Below are positions 29,798 through 40,820 of a DNA stretch of 64,000 nucleotides, one piece after another. This stretch comes from Candidatus Latescibacterota bacterium (lineage in GTDB: Bacteria; Latescibacterota; UBA2968; GCA-2709665). How positions within the stretch are numbered: position 1 is the first letter of the stretch; every line of letters begins with the position of its first letter. Below the pieces are notes generated by a model. That model did no database searches, had not been told where the DNA came from, and saw only the letters and a list, made by a program, of their open reading frames with translations. The translations under genes and the position numbers were made by a program. Location of the stretch: assembly GCA_965222075.1 (NCBI GenBank), contig OZ244937.1, positions 1,184,001-1,248,000 on the forward strand, read 5' to 3'.

Positions 29798-30604
29798 TCA
29801 GCCTTGCAGTCCTGCCTGCGTGCGTGCGGCAGCACGCGCAGGCAGGTCGGCGGTGACCGGTTCGTAGTCACGGGAGACAACCCAGTCCGGCCGGGGGTTC
29901 TGGACGCTTTTGGGGATGTTATCGATGGCGCTGTAGGCGAAGATCACCGTCTGGCGAGGCGCGGGTGAGAAGTTGTGATTGGAGCCGTGCACGATGTTGC
30001 AGTCGAAGAAGCAGACGTCACCGGCCTGGCCGACGACCGGATAGATCATGCCCTCGTCCGTAATGTGCTTCCGCAGCGCTTCGGGCTGGATGCACCACTG
30101 TTTGTAGCTTGTCGTCACGTCGTCGTCGTAGTGGTCGAGCACGCCCCACTTGTGGGACCCCGCGACGAGGAGTACGCAGCCGTTGTGAATCGTGTTTGGG
30201 CCGAACATGATCAGGACCGACACCAGGCGGTCATCAACGCCGTCGTATTGCCAGTAGCCGTAATCCTGGTGCCACAGCCAGACTGTGCCCTCAAAGGATT
30301 CCTTCAGGTTCAGCTTGCTGTGAAATATGTAGGCGTCGTCGCCCAGGATCTGTTTGACCGGTCCCCCGATTGCCTCCGATCTGCACATACTGCGCCAGGG
30401 CTCGACACGGCGATGCATGCAGAACACGGTGCGCACGGGTCCGCTCTTTTCTCTGACGATGTGCACCTCCTCGGGATTGTTCTTCTCATTCACCAGATCG
30501 GCGGTGGAGGCCCGCAGTTCGTCGATCTGCTGCGGAGACAGGAGCCCCGGTTGAAAGAGAAATCCCTGTTCACGGTATGTCTGAAGCTGTGTGTCGGTCC
30601 ACAT
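29798..30604 (-). CDS. PhyH-family dioxygenase (ectoine/proline hydroxylase-like)
   Basis: HSKLNLK..WLWHQDYGYW, GSHK, FFDCNIVHGS. Start at ATG 30604. Carries a palindrome insertion near the C-terminus. Confidence 0.87.
   Translation of the reverse strand: MWTDTQLQTYREQGFLFQPGLLSPQQIDELRASTADLVNEKNNPEEVHIVREKSGPVRTVFCMHRRVEPWRSMCRSEAIGGPVKQILGDDAYIFHSKLNLKESFEGTVWLWHQDYGYWQYDGVDDRLVSVLIMFGPNTIHNGCVLLVAGSHKWGVLDHYDDDVTTSYKQWCIQPEALRKHITDEGMIYPVVGQAGDVCFFDCNIVHGSNHNFSPAPRQTVIFAYSAIDNIPKSVQNPRPDWVVSRDYEPVTADLPARAAARTQAGLQG
29811..29846. repeat. CCTGCCTG-family palindromic element, copy 2 (36 nt, in frame)
   Basis: CCTGCCTGC-GT-GCGTGC-GGCA-GCACGC-GCAGGCAGG; removal gives the C-terminus TAELQG. 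Confidence 0.85.
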
Positions 30605-30675
30605 AGATCGCCCTCCTCTCAGCGCACGGCCTGCGCTCATCCGGTTTTTTGTTGATCTTCAAAGGCGCGGGATCT

Positions 30676-31995
30676 TCATCTGATCAGCATCTGCGACGGC
30701 AGCCACAGCGACAGCTGCGGAAACGCCATTGTCAGCGCAAGCGCGGCCACGATGAGCAGCAGGAAAGGCCAGACGGACATGTAGATGTCACCCAGCGTGA
30801 TGTTGGGTGGGCTGACACTTTTCATGTAGAAACAGGCCGGACCGAATGGCGGCGACAGGTAGGAGATCTGCATGTTCATGCAGAACACGACGCCGAACCA
30901 CACAATGTCAAACCCCTGTGCCTGAATGATGGGTACGAACAGGGGCATGGTCAGCAGCACGATGCCGATCCAGTCTAAGAACATGCCCAGAAAGATGAGG
31001 ATCAGCTGCATCACCACGATGATGCCCCAGCGTCCGAAGGGGAGGCCGGTCACGGTATTCCGGACGAACTGCGAGCCTCCGGCGAGCGTGTAGACGCCGA
31101 TGAGCGTCTGGGCCCCGAAGAACAGCCACGCCAGCATGCACGTCACTTTGAGCGTGTCGTAGAGAGACCGTTTCACGCTGGCCACCGAAAGCGTGCGGTG
31201 GAATGCAGATACAACCAGGGCCCCCACACACCCGATCCCGGCGGCTTCCGTGGGTGTGGCCACGCCGGCGTAGATGCACCCCAGGACCGCTGCGGCCAGG
31301 GAGAACGGCAGGACCAGCCCGCGCAGCAGCAGCAGTTTCTGCTTCAGCGGGACGCCTCTTTCCTCCGGCGGGGCAGCCGGCGCTACGTGCGGACTCAGGG
31401 ACGACCTGACCAGGATGTAGGCGACAAAGAGGGTGGCCAGGAGCAGACCGGGCACGATGCCGGCGATGAACAGTTCGCCGACCGATGCGCCCGATACCAT
31501 GGCGTAGACGATAAACACGATGCTGGGCGGGATGAGTGTGGCCATGCCGCCTCCGGCGCAGATGCTGCCCAGGGCGATGCGCTTGTCGTAGTTTCTTTCC
31601 AGCATGGCCGGCAGTGCGACCAGGCCGAAGGTCACGATCTCGGCGCCTATGATCCCCACCATCGCGGCCATGATCGTGCAGGAGATCACCGTGCCGACGG
31701 CGAGGCCTCCCCTCAGACCTCCGGACCAGACGTGGACGGCGCGAAAGAGCCGTTCCGTGGCCCCGGACCGCTGGAGGATGGAGGCCATGAGCACGAACAG
31801 AGGAACCGCCACCAGCGTGTAGTTCAGCATCATGGCGTAGACGCGAGCGACCATCATCAGCATCACGAACGGGCCGAACAGGATCAGGGCGAAAATCACC
31901 GAGGTGGCGCCCATCACCCACGCCAGCGGCAGCCCCGACAACAACAAGATGATGAACGTGGCGATGATCAGCAGGGTGATCAGTTCGATGCTCAA
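30676..31995 (-). CDS. dctM: TRAP transporter large permease
   Basis: LVAVPLFVLM, GGLAVG, LIPPS, ATPTEAA, SPPFG. Confidence 0.93.
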   Translation of the reverse strand: MSIELITLLIIATFIILLLSGLPLAWVMGATSVIFALILFGPFVMLMMVARVYAMMLNYTLVAVPLFVLMASILQRSGATERLFRAVHVWSGGLRGGLAVGTVISCTIMAAMVGIIGAEIVTFGLVALPAMLERNYDKRIALGSICAGGGMATLIPPSIVFIVYAMVSGASVGELFIAGIVPGLLLATLFVAYILVRSSLSPHVAPAAPPEERGVPLKQKLLLLRGLVLPFSLAAAVLGCIYAGVATPTEAAGIGCVGALVVSAFHRTLSVASVKRSLYDTLKVTCMLAWLFFGAQTLIGVYTLAGGSQFVRNTVTGLPFGRWGIIVVMQLILIFLGMFLDWIGIVLLTMPLFVPIIQAQGFDIVWFGVVFCMNMQISYLSPPFGPACFYMKSVSPPNITLGDIYMSVWPFLLLIVAALALTMAFPQLSLWLPSQMLIR

Positions 31996-32474
31996 GGATG
32001 TTCGCCCCGGATCGCGACATGCAGATCTCTGATGAGCTTCCCGACGCCCTGGAGGAGCAGAAGAAAGATGCCGGCGGCCAGCGCAATTTTAAAGGGATAG
32101 ATCGGCGGGTTCCACGGCGAGCCGGAGGTTTCCCTCACCTCAAGCGAATCCCGTGCGTACTGCAGGGACGCCCACAACATCATGCCCAGGTAGAGCGCAA
32201 AGAACAGGAAGGAGACGGCGTCGGCAATCGCCCGGCCCCTGGCCGAGAGGCGGCCGTAGACCAGCTCGATCTTCACGTGTTTTCCCTCGTGGGCGGTCCA
32301 CGCTGCTCCCATCACATAGACCAGGGCGCAGCCAAACACCATCGATTCGCTGGCCCACAGGGTCGGCGCGTGGAAGATATACCGCATCAAGATTTCGTAG
32401 ACCACCACGAAGACCACGAGTAGCGTCAGGAGGCTGAACAGCTTTCCGGTGCGGATGATGAAACGATCGATCAA
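31992..32474 (-). CDS. dctQ: TRAP transporter small permease
   Basis: 4 TM segments, MRYIF.APT.W, HVKIE; lies between dctP and dctM. Confidence 0.9.
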   Translation of the reverse strand: MIDRFIIRTGKLFSLLTLLVVFVVVYEILMRYIFHAPTLWASESMVFGCALVYVMGAAWTAHEGKHVKIELVYGRLSARGRAIADAVSFLFFALYLGMMLWASLQYARDSLEVRETSGSPWNPPIYPFKIALAAGIFLLLLQGVGKLIRDLHVAIRGEHP

Positions 32475-33520
32475 TCGACGCTCCCTCCACCATCGTCGCT
32501 CAGCAGCCCCAGCTCTTTAAGCCAGGCCTTCTGGGCATCGATGACTGTCTTGCACATGGGGCTCTTTTTGGCCCATTCATCCCACACTTCACGGGCTGCG
32601 GCTCGAGCACGGGCCAGTTCCTGTTCGTTCCAGATAATCGGCGTTACGCCCTTGCTTTTCATCTCGCCGATTGCTCGCAGGTCGTCGATTGCCACACGTT
32701 CAATCATGTCCCATGCCCACTGCCGGACGGCCGTCCGGAGGATCTGCTTGATATCGTCGGGCAGCTTGTCCCATTCCTCCTGGTTCACCGTGAAGTCGCC
32801 CACGGGCATCGCGTGGAAGCCCGGAAAGTTGAAGTACCTGGCAACCTGATAGAAACCCATCCGCTGGTTCATGGAGGGGGTTCCCCAGTCCGTGCCGTCA
32901 ATCATGCCCTTGTCCAGCGCGGAGTAGACTTCGCTTCCGGGGAGGGTCACGACAGAGGCGCCCAACCTGGCCAGCAGCTGCGCGGCCATGCCCTGGGGCG
33001 CCCGAAACTTCAAGCCCTTGAAGTCCTCGATCCTCCTGATGGGCGCCTTGGACGGCATGGACTCCATGCCCCATAAGGTCACGCCGACACAGTAGACGCC
33101 GAAAGGCCTGTAGATCTCGTTGAGCAAGTCGAGACCGCCGCGGTAGTGGTAGAAGGCGTCCACTTCCCAGGGATGACGCCAGGCCCCGATCAGGTCACTG
33201 ATTGGGGCAAAGGCCGGGTTCTTGCCGGTCCAGTATCCGGGCCACTGGTGCATGGCCTGCAGGATGTTGTGCCTCACCGCATCGAGGCACTCGAACGTCG
33301 GCACGATCGTCCCGGCCGGGTAGGGCGTGATTTTGAGCCGACCGTTCGTGAGTTTCTCAACGCGCTGGCAGAAATCGACGAATGTCCGGTAGGGCAGTTC
33401 CGATGCGCTCCAGAGCGCCTGGGCCTTCCACGTGATGGTCTCCGCCCCCTGCGCGGGAACCGTGAGCAGACCGACAGCGACCAGTACAAGAACTCCCGCT
33501 GAAATGCGTTTTTGTTTCAT
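32471..33520 (-). CDS. dctP: TRAP transporter substrate-binding protein
   Basis: Signal peptide, TNGRLKI, DFKGLKFR, EVYSALDKG.IDG. Confidence 0.92.
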   Translation of the reverse strand: MKQKRISAGVLVLVAVGLLTVPAQGAETITWKAQALWSASELPYRTFVDFCQRVEKLTNGRLKITPYPAGTIVPTFECLDAVRHNILQAMHQWPGYWTGKNPAFAPISDLIGAWRHPWEVDAFYHYRGGLDLLNEIYRPFGVYCVGVTLWGMESMPSKAPIRRIEDFKGLKFRAPQGMAAQLLARLGASVVTLPGSEVYSALDKGMIDGTDWGTPSMNQRMGFYQVARYFNFPGFHAMPVGDFTVNQEEWDKLPDDIKQILRTAVRQWAWDMIERVAIDDLRAIGEMKSKGVTPIIWNEQELARARAAAREVWDEWAKKSPMCKTVIDAQKAWLKELGLLSDDGGGSVD

Positions 33521-33868
33521 CCGCTCGGCTCCTCATGGGAATGACAACGCCGGTCAAGTCTTTGGCCAATGTATGATACCGACGCAATTTTGTCAAGAAA
33601 AGATCGGATTTGCGGTGGAAGCGGGAATACTCGATGAGGATTTCTGTGAATTATCTTGATTTTAGCAAGAGGGTCGGACAAAATTTAGGGACTTATATAC
33701 TTGGTTGCGCACAGTGTTTTTATTGATTTAACCTTTTAATTTTGTTATAACTATGATAAGGACAGTAACAAAGACGGGGTATGTGAGCAAGGGGTGTCAC
33801 AGGAACCTAAGCGCTGTCCCTCGGGGTACCGTTCCGATTCACCACAGGTATCTGGAATTGGATAATCT

Positions 33869-36340
33869 ATGATTTCAAATTACTTCCGAACGTGGCTACG
33901 AAATGCACTCAGGTATAGGATCTACGCAATAATTAACCTGTTAGGCTTAGGGATAGGGATTGCCTGCGGCTATCTCTGTGTTCTTTACATCCTTCATGAT
34001 TGGAGCTTCGATAGGTTCCACCGAGACTATCATCGTATATACCGCGTTGTTCTGAAGGCGAGGTACAAACAATCCCAAAGTCTGGGTCCTCTTACGGGCG
34101 AATGGCTCGAGTCCACAAACCTTCCGGTTGCACTGACATCGGAGGCGACTGCCGAGATTCCAGAGATCGAGATCACGACTCGTGTACTTGGTGCCCCCCA
34201 TCCTCGTATGGCGACTTGGCATGTGGGTACTCACAGAGGCTTTCTGCGAGCTACAGACGAGGTCTTACTCGTGGACGAGAGTTTCTTGAAAATTTTCTCC
34301 TTTCCTGTCATTAGTGGCACTGTCCATTCAAGTCCGAATAAAGTCGTGCTAACGCGAGAATTCGCTCGTAGTCTATCCAACGATATCAACGGTCTGGTTG
34401 GCAAAGTACTATGGATTCGATCTCCAAGACAGCCGGATAACACGGCGGTAGCTGTTGAAATAGGGGGTATCGTGGAATCGCCCCCAAGCAACTCGAGCCT
34501 GAAGTTTGCGGTTCTTTTGCCATTTACTTTGTGTTCAACCTTTCTTGGCAAGAAAGATGGAGAGTGGAATTGGTTCTTTAACGCCACTCATTACGTCCGC
34601 CTTCCAGAAGAATTGGATGAAGAAGCTATAGAAAGAAAGCTCACGCAGATCGTCCAGAAGCATCCCGCGCCGATCTGGGATTTGGATTCATTTAAGGTTA
34701 GACTTCAACCGATCACGGACCTACACCATCATGGTCATCGTATGTCGGGTGTCTGGAAGGGATTGCGTCCCACCACGAATCCCTTGTATGGGTATGTCCT
34801 CGGAGGCCTGAGTGTCTTAGTTCTGTCTGCTTCCTGTTTGAATTATGTTCTTCTCTACGTCGCCCGGTTCAATTTGCGAGCCAAAGAATTCGGCTTACGG
34901 CAAGTTCTCGGAGCGAACCGTAATCACCTCACTCATCAGCTACTGGTTGAATGCCTTGGGTACAGCATCCTGGCTTGCGGCATCGGCTTGGTTGCTGCGG
35001 AATTGGCGTCAAAACCCCTCGAAGGAATTTTACAAATACGGTTCACTTCCACGGCAGACCCGATTCGAACGATCCTCATCCTGGGGGCAATGGCCTGCAT
35101 TACGGGTCTGGCAACGGCCATCTACCCGGTAGCCCTTATCCCGTCCGTTTCTGCAGTGAGCGTTCTACGCAAAACATCACAGGGCAGCAGGTCCGGGCCT
35201 TTCTTGAAGGTGTTGATGGCCGCCCAGTCCGGTGTGACGTTGATTCTCGTGTTTTGTGCGATCGTTATGTTTGAACAGATCTACTTCATGACCACGACTG
35301 ATCTGGGTTTTGAACCGACCAACCTGGTCAGGTTGGATATTAAAGGGTTGGACGGCAATGAGGCTGACCGCCTTCAACGGTCCCTGTCCGCGTATCTTCC
35401 AGTCACTTCCTGCGCCCGGACCCGCCAGCCGATCGGGTGGTCGAACGCAACCACGGTGAAGGGCGATAATGGCCTCCTGATTGATGGGGTGAACTACATT
35501 CAGGTGGATGGGCCATTTCTGAAGACGGTCGGCTTGAAGCTCTTGCGTGGAAGATCGTTGCATCAGAACCACATCCGGGGCGAGGTGATCGTGAACGAAT
35601 CTTTCCAAAGGCATCTGATGCCCTCGGATCCCATTGGACAGGCGCTTTATCCGGCGAATAAAGGGTCGCAGGTGTTTGGACATGATTCAAGTGGTCGCAT
35701 CGTGGGTGTGGTCAAAGACTTTCACTTCCGGAGTCTGCGCCACATTGTCCCCCCTACCATTATCACCGTTGCCGACATCTCGGGTAAGCGAGCAGACACC
35801 TTTCGGGAAATGCTGATTCGAATCCGAGAGGACAGCACCGATGAATTTCTGGCTCACCTCCGTGGGATCTGGAAAGAGCTGAACCTCGAACAGAAGCCGC
35901 TGTCGTTTTCCTTTGTAGAAGACGAGGTGCGAAAGTCTTACGCCAAAGATGTGAGATGGAGCAAGATTGTCTCCGGCGCGTCACTGTGCGCAATCCTTAT
36001 CGCGTCAATGGGCACACTGGGCATGACATCCCTGGCAGTCACGCGTAGAAGGAAGGAGATTGCCATCAGAAAGGCCATGGGCGCCTTGCCATCAAGAATC
36101 GCGAGTGGAATTGTGCTCAACTATGCGGTGCCTGGTTTCGCTGCAGCCGCCATCACGCTTCCCCTCTCGTATTTCTTTATGGATCAGTGGCTCTCGAGTT
36201 TTCCCTACCGTATCCAACCCGGAGCCGGAACTGCTTTGGCGGTGATTCTCTTAGGCGTTCTTCTTCCGCTTTTAGGCAGCTTCGTGCATTCAATGAGAGT
36301 AGCTTCTGAGAGCCCGAGCGTTGCTCTCCGGGAGGACTGA
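33869..36340 (+). CDS. MacB/FtsX-like ABC permease with duplicated periplasmic-TM architecture; no adjacent ATPase
   Basis: INLLGLGIGIA, LQPITDLH, RAKEFGLRQVLGA, IVGVVKDFHF.SL, RRKEIAIRKAMGA; visibly lower GC than flanks. Confidence 0.85.
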   Translation: MISNYFRTWLRNALRYRIYAIINLLGLGIGIACGYLCVLYILHDWSFDRFHRDYHRIYRVVLKARYKQSQSLGPLTGEWLESTNLPVALTSEATAEIPEIEITTRVLGAPHPRMATWHVGTHRGFLRATDEVLLVDESFLKIFSFPVISGTVHSSPNKVVLTREFARSLSNDINGLVGKVLWIRSPRQPDNTAVAVEIGGIVESPPSNSSLKFAVLLPFTLCSTFLGKKDGEWNWFFNATHYVRLPEELDEEAIERKLTQIVQKHPAPIWDLDSFKVRLQPITDLHHHGHRMSGVWKGLRPTTNPLYGYVLGGLSVLVLSASCLNYVLLYVARFNLRAKEFGLRQVLGANRNHLTHQLLVECLGYSILACGIGLVAAELASKPLEGILQIRFTSTADPIRTILILGAMACITGLATAIYPVALIPSVSAVSVLRKTSQGSRSGPFLKVLMAAQSGVTLILVFCAIVMFEQIYFMTTTDLGFEPTNLVRLDIKGLDGNEADRLQRSLSAYLPVTSCARTRQPIGWSNATTVKGDNGLLIDGVNYIQVDGPFLKTVGLKLLRGRSLHQNHIRGEVIVNESFQRHLMPSDPIGQALYPANKGSQVFGHDSSGRIVGVVKDFHFRSLRHIVPPTIITVADISGKRADTFREMLIRIREDSTDEFLAHLRGIWKELNLEQKPLSFSFVEDEVRKSYAKDVRWSKIVSGASLCAILIASMGTLGMTSLAVTRRRKEIAIRKAMGALPSRIASGIVLNYAVPGFAAAAITLPLSYFFMDQWLSSFPYRIQPGAGTALAVILLGVLLPLLGSFVHSMRVASESPSVALRED

Positions 36341-36361
36341 TACATTTTAAAGCCCCAATTC

Positions 36362-36650
36362 GTGCGCTTGTTTGAAATACTTGGCCAAGCTTATAAGCAG
36401 CACAATACAGATGCCAAGTATCTCATCGACACCTTTCCAATCCCTGTTTGTGATAACATTCGTATTCGTCGTTGCAGGCTCTATCAAGGCGAAGCCTTTC
36501 GAGGCTACATCCCCAGTAAAAGACGCTACTTCTATGGCTTGAAAATTCACCTGCCTGCCGAGCAAGCCCGGCGCAGGCAGGCCTGATGGTGACCCAGTCT
36601 GGAGAGCCTGTCGAACTCTTTTTCACTCCAGGCAGTGTGGGAGATGTGGA
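36362..36650 (+). mobile_element. IS982-family transposase internal remnant, interrupted by a palindromic element
   Basis: IDTFPIPVCDNIRIRRC..GYIPSKRRYFYGLKIH; after removing 36550-36581 it continues LMVTQSGEPVELFFTPGS. No termini recognised. Confidence 0.8.
36550..36581. repeat. CCTGCCTG-family palindromic element, copy 3 (32 nt, frameshifting)
   Basis: CCTGCCT-GCCGAGC-AA-GCCCGGC-GC-AGGCAGG; exact excision restores KIHLMVTQ. Confidence 0.88.
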
Positions 36651-36724
36651 ATTGAAAGATAAGCAGAACGCGATTACCAACTCCGAATACAGCGACAATC
36701 GCTGGTAGAAAGAAAGACTGCCTG

Positions 36725-39700
36725 ATGCCACGCATTTTTGACAACATCGAACAATATCTCCTCCCGGCACTGGCGGAAACCATGGCGGTTTCCGACCATG
36801 CGGACTTTTGCGTGGGCTACTTCAACCTGCGCGGCTGGCGGTTAATCGATGAACATGTCGAAAGATGGAAGGGTGGGGAAGGACATTGCTGCCGTCTTCT
36901 CGTCGGTATGCAGCGGCTTCCCTACGAAGAGCTGCGTATCGCCAGAAGTCTATCGGCGAGTGAAAAAGGACTGGATAGCCAGACGGCGTCGCAGCTGAGG
37001 GTCAGGTTGGCGAAGGAATTTCGTGAGCAGTTGACAATCGGCGCGCCCACCAACGCGGATGAGGCCGGTCTGCGCAGGTTGTCCAGGCAGATCAAGGCAA
37101 AAAAGGTAGTCGTCAAGCTTTTCCTCCGGCATTCGCTTCACGCCAAGCTCTACCTGCTGTTCCGGCCGGACCCCATCAACCCGGCGGTCGGGTACCTGGG
37201 TAGCAGCAACCTCACGCAATCCGGTCTTTCCAAACAGGGCGAACTGAATATAGATGTGCTGGACCACGACACCTGCCAGAAACTCGCGCGATGGTTCGAA
37301 GATCGCTGGGCTGATCGCTGGTGCGTCGATATCTCGGACGAACTTGCGCAGATCATCGATGAAAGTTGGGCAGGGGAGCGGTTGATCCCGCCATATCACA
37401 TCTATGTGAAGATCGCTTACCACCTGTCGCAGGAAGCCCGGGCGGGTTTGACCGAATTTCGCATCCCGCAAGTGTTCGGCAACAAACTGCTCGATTTCCA
37501 GACGGCCGCCGTGAAGATTGCCGCGCATCATCTGAACAAGCGTGGCGGCGTTATTATCGGCGATGTCGTGGGACTCGGTAAGACGCTGATGGCCACGGCC
37601 ATCGCGCGCGTGTTCGAAGACGATCACGGGTTGGAAACGCTGATTATCTGTCCGAAAAATCTCGTTTCCATGTGGGAGGACTACCGCGAGCAGTATCAGT
37701 TGCGCGCGCGTGTGCTATCGATCAGCCGGGTGACCAGGGAACTCCCCGATATGCGCCGTTACCGCCTGATTGTGATTGACGAGAGTCACAATCTGAGAAA
37801 CCGTGAAGGAAAGCGTTACCGCGCGATCCAGGAATATATCAGGGAAAACGAGAGCAAGTGCATCCTGCTGTCGGCAACGCCGTACAACAAGACGTATCAG
37901 GACCTCTCCAGCCAGATCCGTTTGTTCGTGTACGAGGATGAAGACCTGGGCATTCGTCCCGAACGTCTGTTGCAGGAGATCGGCGAAACCGGGTTCATTC
38001 GCCGCCACCAGGCCTCTGTCCGGTCCCTGGCGGCATTCGAGCAGTCGGAATATGCCGACGACTGGCGTGAATTGATGCGTCTGTACCTCGTGCGCCGGAC
38101 CCGTAGCTTTATCCAGGAAAACTACGCCGCGACGGATCCGACGAACGGGCGGAAGTACCTGACGTTCGACGACGGCACCCGATCCTATTTTCCCGTTCGC
38201 GTTCCCAGGACGGTGCGATTCGATATTGACGAGCAATACGCGCGCCTGTTTGCCGACGATGTGGTGTCCGCCATCAACGGGCTGGAGCTCCCGCGCTACG
38301 GCCTCGGAAATTACGTCACGTCCTCGGGCGATGCGACGACAACGTCGACCGAAGACAAAAAAATCCTGGATGACCTGTCACGCGCCGGTAAGCGCCTCAT
38401 GGGCTTCTGTCGAACGAATCTGCTCAAGCGCCTTGAAAGCAGCGGGCATGTGTTCCTGCTATCGTTGGAGAGACATATTCTCCGGAACTTCATCTTTCTC
38501 CACGCCATCGAAAACGAACTGGCCCTGCCAATCGGCACGACGGACGCGGGGCTTCTGGACCCGCAATCCTTCGACGAAGATCCAGACGGCGCGGCCGGCG
38601 ACATTTTTGACGATGGAGACGAGGAAGGGACCACAGAAACCGAGGCGCCGGTGCGGCTGAGAACGGAAGAAGACTTCCGCAAGCGCGCCGCGGAAATCTA
38701 TGGGTCGTACGCCGTGCGATACAAGAGGCGATTCCGCTGGTTGGCCCCGCGTCATTTCGACAGGGCACTGCGGGATAACCTGTTGTCGGATGCGAGAACG
38801 CTGCGCAACATGCTGGACGGATTCGGCGAATGGGACCCGTCACACGACGCCAAGCTTGACGCGTTGCGCCAAATCCTCGTGGAGAAACATCCTGCTGAGA
38901 AGGTTCTGGTCTTCACGCAATTTGCGGACACAGTGACATACCTGGAACATCAGCTGAAGGCCGGCGGGATTGAACGGCTGGCTGCTGTTACCGGGGACTC
39001 CGCCGATCCAACGCGGCTGGCCTGGCAATTCAGTCCGAAAAGCAACGAGAAGGGTAGCCGTATCCGGCCTGAGGAGGAACTGCGGGTGCTGGTTGCTACG
39101 GATGTGTTGAGCGAGGGGCAAAACCTGCAGGATTGCGCCATCGTCGTGAACTATGACCTGCCGTGGGCCATTATTCGCCTGATTCAAAGAGCCGGACGCG
39201 TGGACCGCATCGGGCAGCACGCGCAAGACATCCTCTGTTATTCCTTTCTTCCTGCCGAAGGAATTGAACGGCTGATCCGGCTACGGGCGCGGGTACGGAC
39301 ACGTCTCAACGAAAACGCCGAGGTGGTCGGTACGGATGAGGCATTCTTTGAGGATGAAGATACCCGTGCCGTTGTTGATCTCTTTAACGAGAGCGCCGGA
39401 ATCCTCGACGGCGATGACGAGTCTGAGGTGGACCTTTCCTCCTACGCCTATCAGATCTGGAAAAATGCGACGACAGCCGATCCATCGCTTAAGAAGAAAG
39501 TCGAGGAGATGTCGGCCGTCGTCCATTCCTCCAAAGCCTACGAACAACAACAGGAGCGGCCCGAGGGCGTCCTGGTCTACATGCGCACAACGCAGGACAA
39601 TGACGCTCTGGTCTGGATGGACCGCGACGGTGGCAGCGTAACGGAAAGCCAGTTCGAGATTCTTCGCGTTGCCGAGTGCTCACCGGATACGCCGGCGCTA

Positions 39701-40081
39701 CCGCGGCACGAAAACCACCATGATCTTGTCCGAAAGGCCGCGGAACAGATCGCCCGGGAGGAAAAACATGTCGGCGGCCAACTGGGACGCCCATCCGGCG
39801 CGCGCTTCCGCACCTATGAACGGCTCAAGAACCACGCCGAGAGGGTCAAGGGCACTTTGTTCGATTCCGAACCTCTGCGGAAAACCATTGACGACATTTA
39901 CCGTTATCCACTTCGTCAGACGGCTGTGGATACGCTGAACCGTCAGTTGCGCAGCGGAATCTCCGACGACGATCTCGCCGGACGGGTCATCGAACTGCGG
40001 GAGGATGGCCGGCTTTGTATCGTCCACGAGGAGGATGAACCTCAGGAACCGCGAATCATCTGCTCAATGGGCTTGATTTGA
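36725..40081 (+). CDS. PLD-family nuclease fused to SNF2-like helicase (restriction-like subunit)
   Basis: [50 protein letters not shown]. Confidence 0.9.
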   Translation: MPRIFDNIEQYLLPALAETMAVSDHADFCVGYFNLRGWRLIDEHVERWKGGEGHCCRLLVGMQRLPYEELRIARSLSASEKGLDSQTASQLRVRLAKEFREQLTIGAPTNADEAGLRRLSRQIKAKKVVVKLFLRHSLHAKLYLLFRPDPINPAVGYLGSSNLTQSGLSKQGELNIDVLDHDTCQKLARWFEDRWADRWCVDISDELAQIIDESWAGERLIPPYHIYVKIAYHLSQEARAGLTEFRIPQVFGNKLLDFQTAAVKIAAHHLNKRGGVIIGDVVGLGKTLMATAIARVFEDDHGLETLIICPKNLVSMWEDYREQYQLRARVLSISRVTRELPDMRRYRLIVIDESHNLRNREGKRYRAIQEYIRENESKCILLSATPYNKTYQDLSSQIRLFVYEDEDLGIRPERLLQEIGETGFIRRHQASVRSLAAFEQSEYADDWRELMRLYLVRRTRSFIQENYAATDPTNGRKYLTFDDGTRSYFPVRVPRTVRFDIDEQYARLFADDVVSAINGLELPRYGLGNYVTSSGDATTTSTEDKKILDDLSRAGKRLMGFCRTNLLKRLESSGHVFLLSLERHILRNFIFLHAIENELALPIGTTDAGLLDPQSFDEDPDGAAGDIFDDGDEEGTTETEAPVRLRTEEDFRKRAAEIYGSYAVRYKRRFRWLAPRHFDRALRDNLLSDARTLRNMLDGFGEWDPSHDAKLDALRQILVEKHPAEKVLVFTQFADTVTYLEHQLKAGGIERLAAVTGDSADPTRLAWQFSPKSNEKGSRIRPEEELRVLVATDVLSEGQNLQDCAIVVNYDLPWAIIRLIQRAGRVDRIGQHAQDILCYSFLPAEGIERLIRLRARVRTRLNENAEVVGTDEAFFEDEDTRAVVDLFNESAGILDGDDESEVDLSSYAYQIWKNATTADPSLKKKVEEMSAVVHSSKAYEQQQERPEGVLVYMRTTQDNDALVWMDRDGGSVTESQFEILRVAECSPDTPALPRHENHHDLVRKAAEQIAREEKHVGGQLGRPSGARFRTYERLKNHAERVKGTLFDSEPLRKTIDDIYRYPLRQTAVDTLNRQLRSGISDDDLAGRVIELREDGRLCIVHEEDEPQEPRIICSMGLI

Positions 40082-40089
40082 CGTCAGAC

Positions 40090-40127
40090 TTGACACTTTG
40101 CCTTACTTTATTATATTTTTAGTAAGG
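40090..40127 (+). promoter_or_regulatory. Sigma70-type promoter with overlapping inverted-repeat operator for the TA operon
   Basis: TTGACA (40090-40095), 16 nt, TATATT; inverted repeat CCTTACT (40101-40107) / AGTAAGG (40121-40127) brackets the -10. Confidence 0.7.
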
Positions 40128-40136
40128 AGATATGCC

Positions 40137-40379
40137 ATGATCGTCAAAATAACTTCAAAACGCCAGGTCACTTTTCCTGCACGGGTGCTGGACGCTCTGG
40201 GGGTTGGCCCGGGCGACCAACTCGAAATCGTAGAAGGGCCCGACGGGTTCGCCCTGCGGCCCAGACGCATTGATCATTCCCGTCTTGGGACGTTGCGCGA
40301 TAAGATCCGGCGCGGACGTGGGACGTTTGATCTCCAGGACTTCAGGGAGCAATCGTATGACCCGTCGCTTCGGGATTGA
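40137..40379 (+). CDS. AbrB/MazE/SpoVT-family antitoxin
   Basis: MIVKITSKRQVTFP..LGVGPGDQL; AAGGAG RBS; overlaps the PIN gene. Confidence 0.87.
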   Translation: MIVKITSKRQVTFPARVLDALGVGPGDQLEIVEGPDGFALRPRRIDHSRLGTLRDKIRRGRGTFDLQDFREQSYDPSLRD

Positions 40380-40755
40380 CACGTCAGTCCTCGTGCGGTT
40401 ACTCACCAGAGACCCGGAAAAAGATTTCGTGTATTGCGTAAGCAAACTTGGCGCGCTGGTCAACGAGCATGGCCACGAGATCTTCGTTTCAAACCAGGTC
40501 GTTGGAGAGACCTACGTTGCGGTACAGCACCACTATGGCGTATCAAAGGCCGATGCCCGCGCCTCTTTGCTCGACGCGCTGCGGAGCGGTCTGGTCTCCC
40601 CCCTGAACGGGCGCTCAGTTATCGAAGCCCTTAAGGCTTCCGGCGGCGCCGGCCTGTTTGACCGGCTCATCGCCGACGACTATTCACGCGCTGGCATGGA
40701 AGTCCTGACGCTGGATCAAAAGATGGCCGCCCTGCCCGACGTTCGTTACCTGTAG
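40357..40755 (+). CDS. vapC: PIN-domain toxin (VapC-like)
   Basis: IDTSVLVR, VVGE, FDRLI, TLD acidic PIN residues; start ATG 40357. Confidence 0.85.
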   Translation: MTRRFGIDTSVLVRLLTRDPEKDFVYCVSKLGALVNEHGHEIFVSNQVVGETYVAVQHHYGVSKADARASLLDALRSGLVSPLNGRSVIEALKASGGAGLFDRLIADDYSRAGMEVLTLDQKMAALPDVRYL

Positions 40756-40820
40756 AAAGAAACCCTTGCGGGCCAATCCCGCTCTGACGATATCATTGCC
40801 TGATTCAAGCCAGGACCAAC

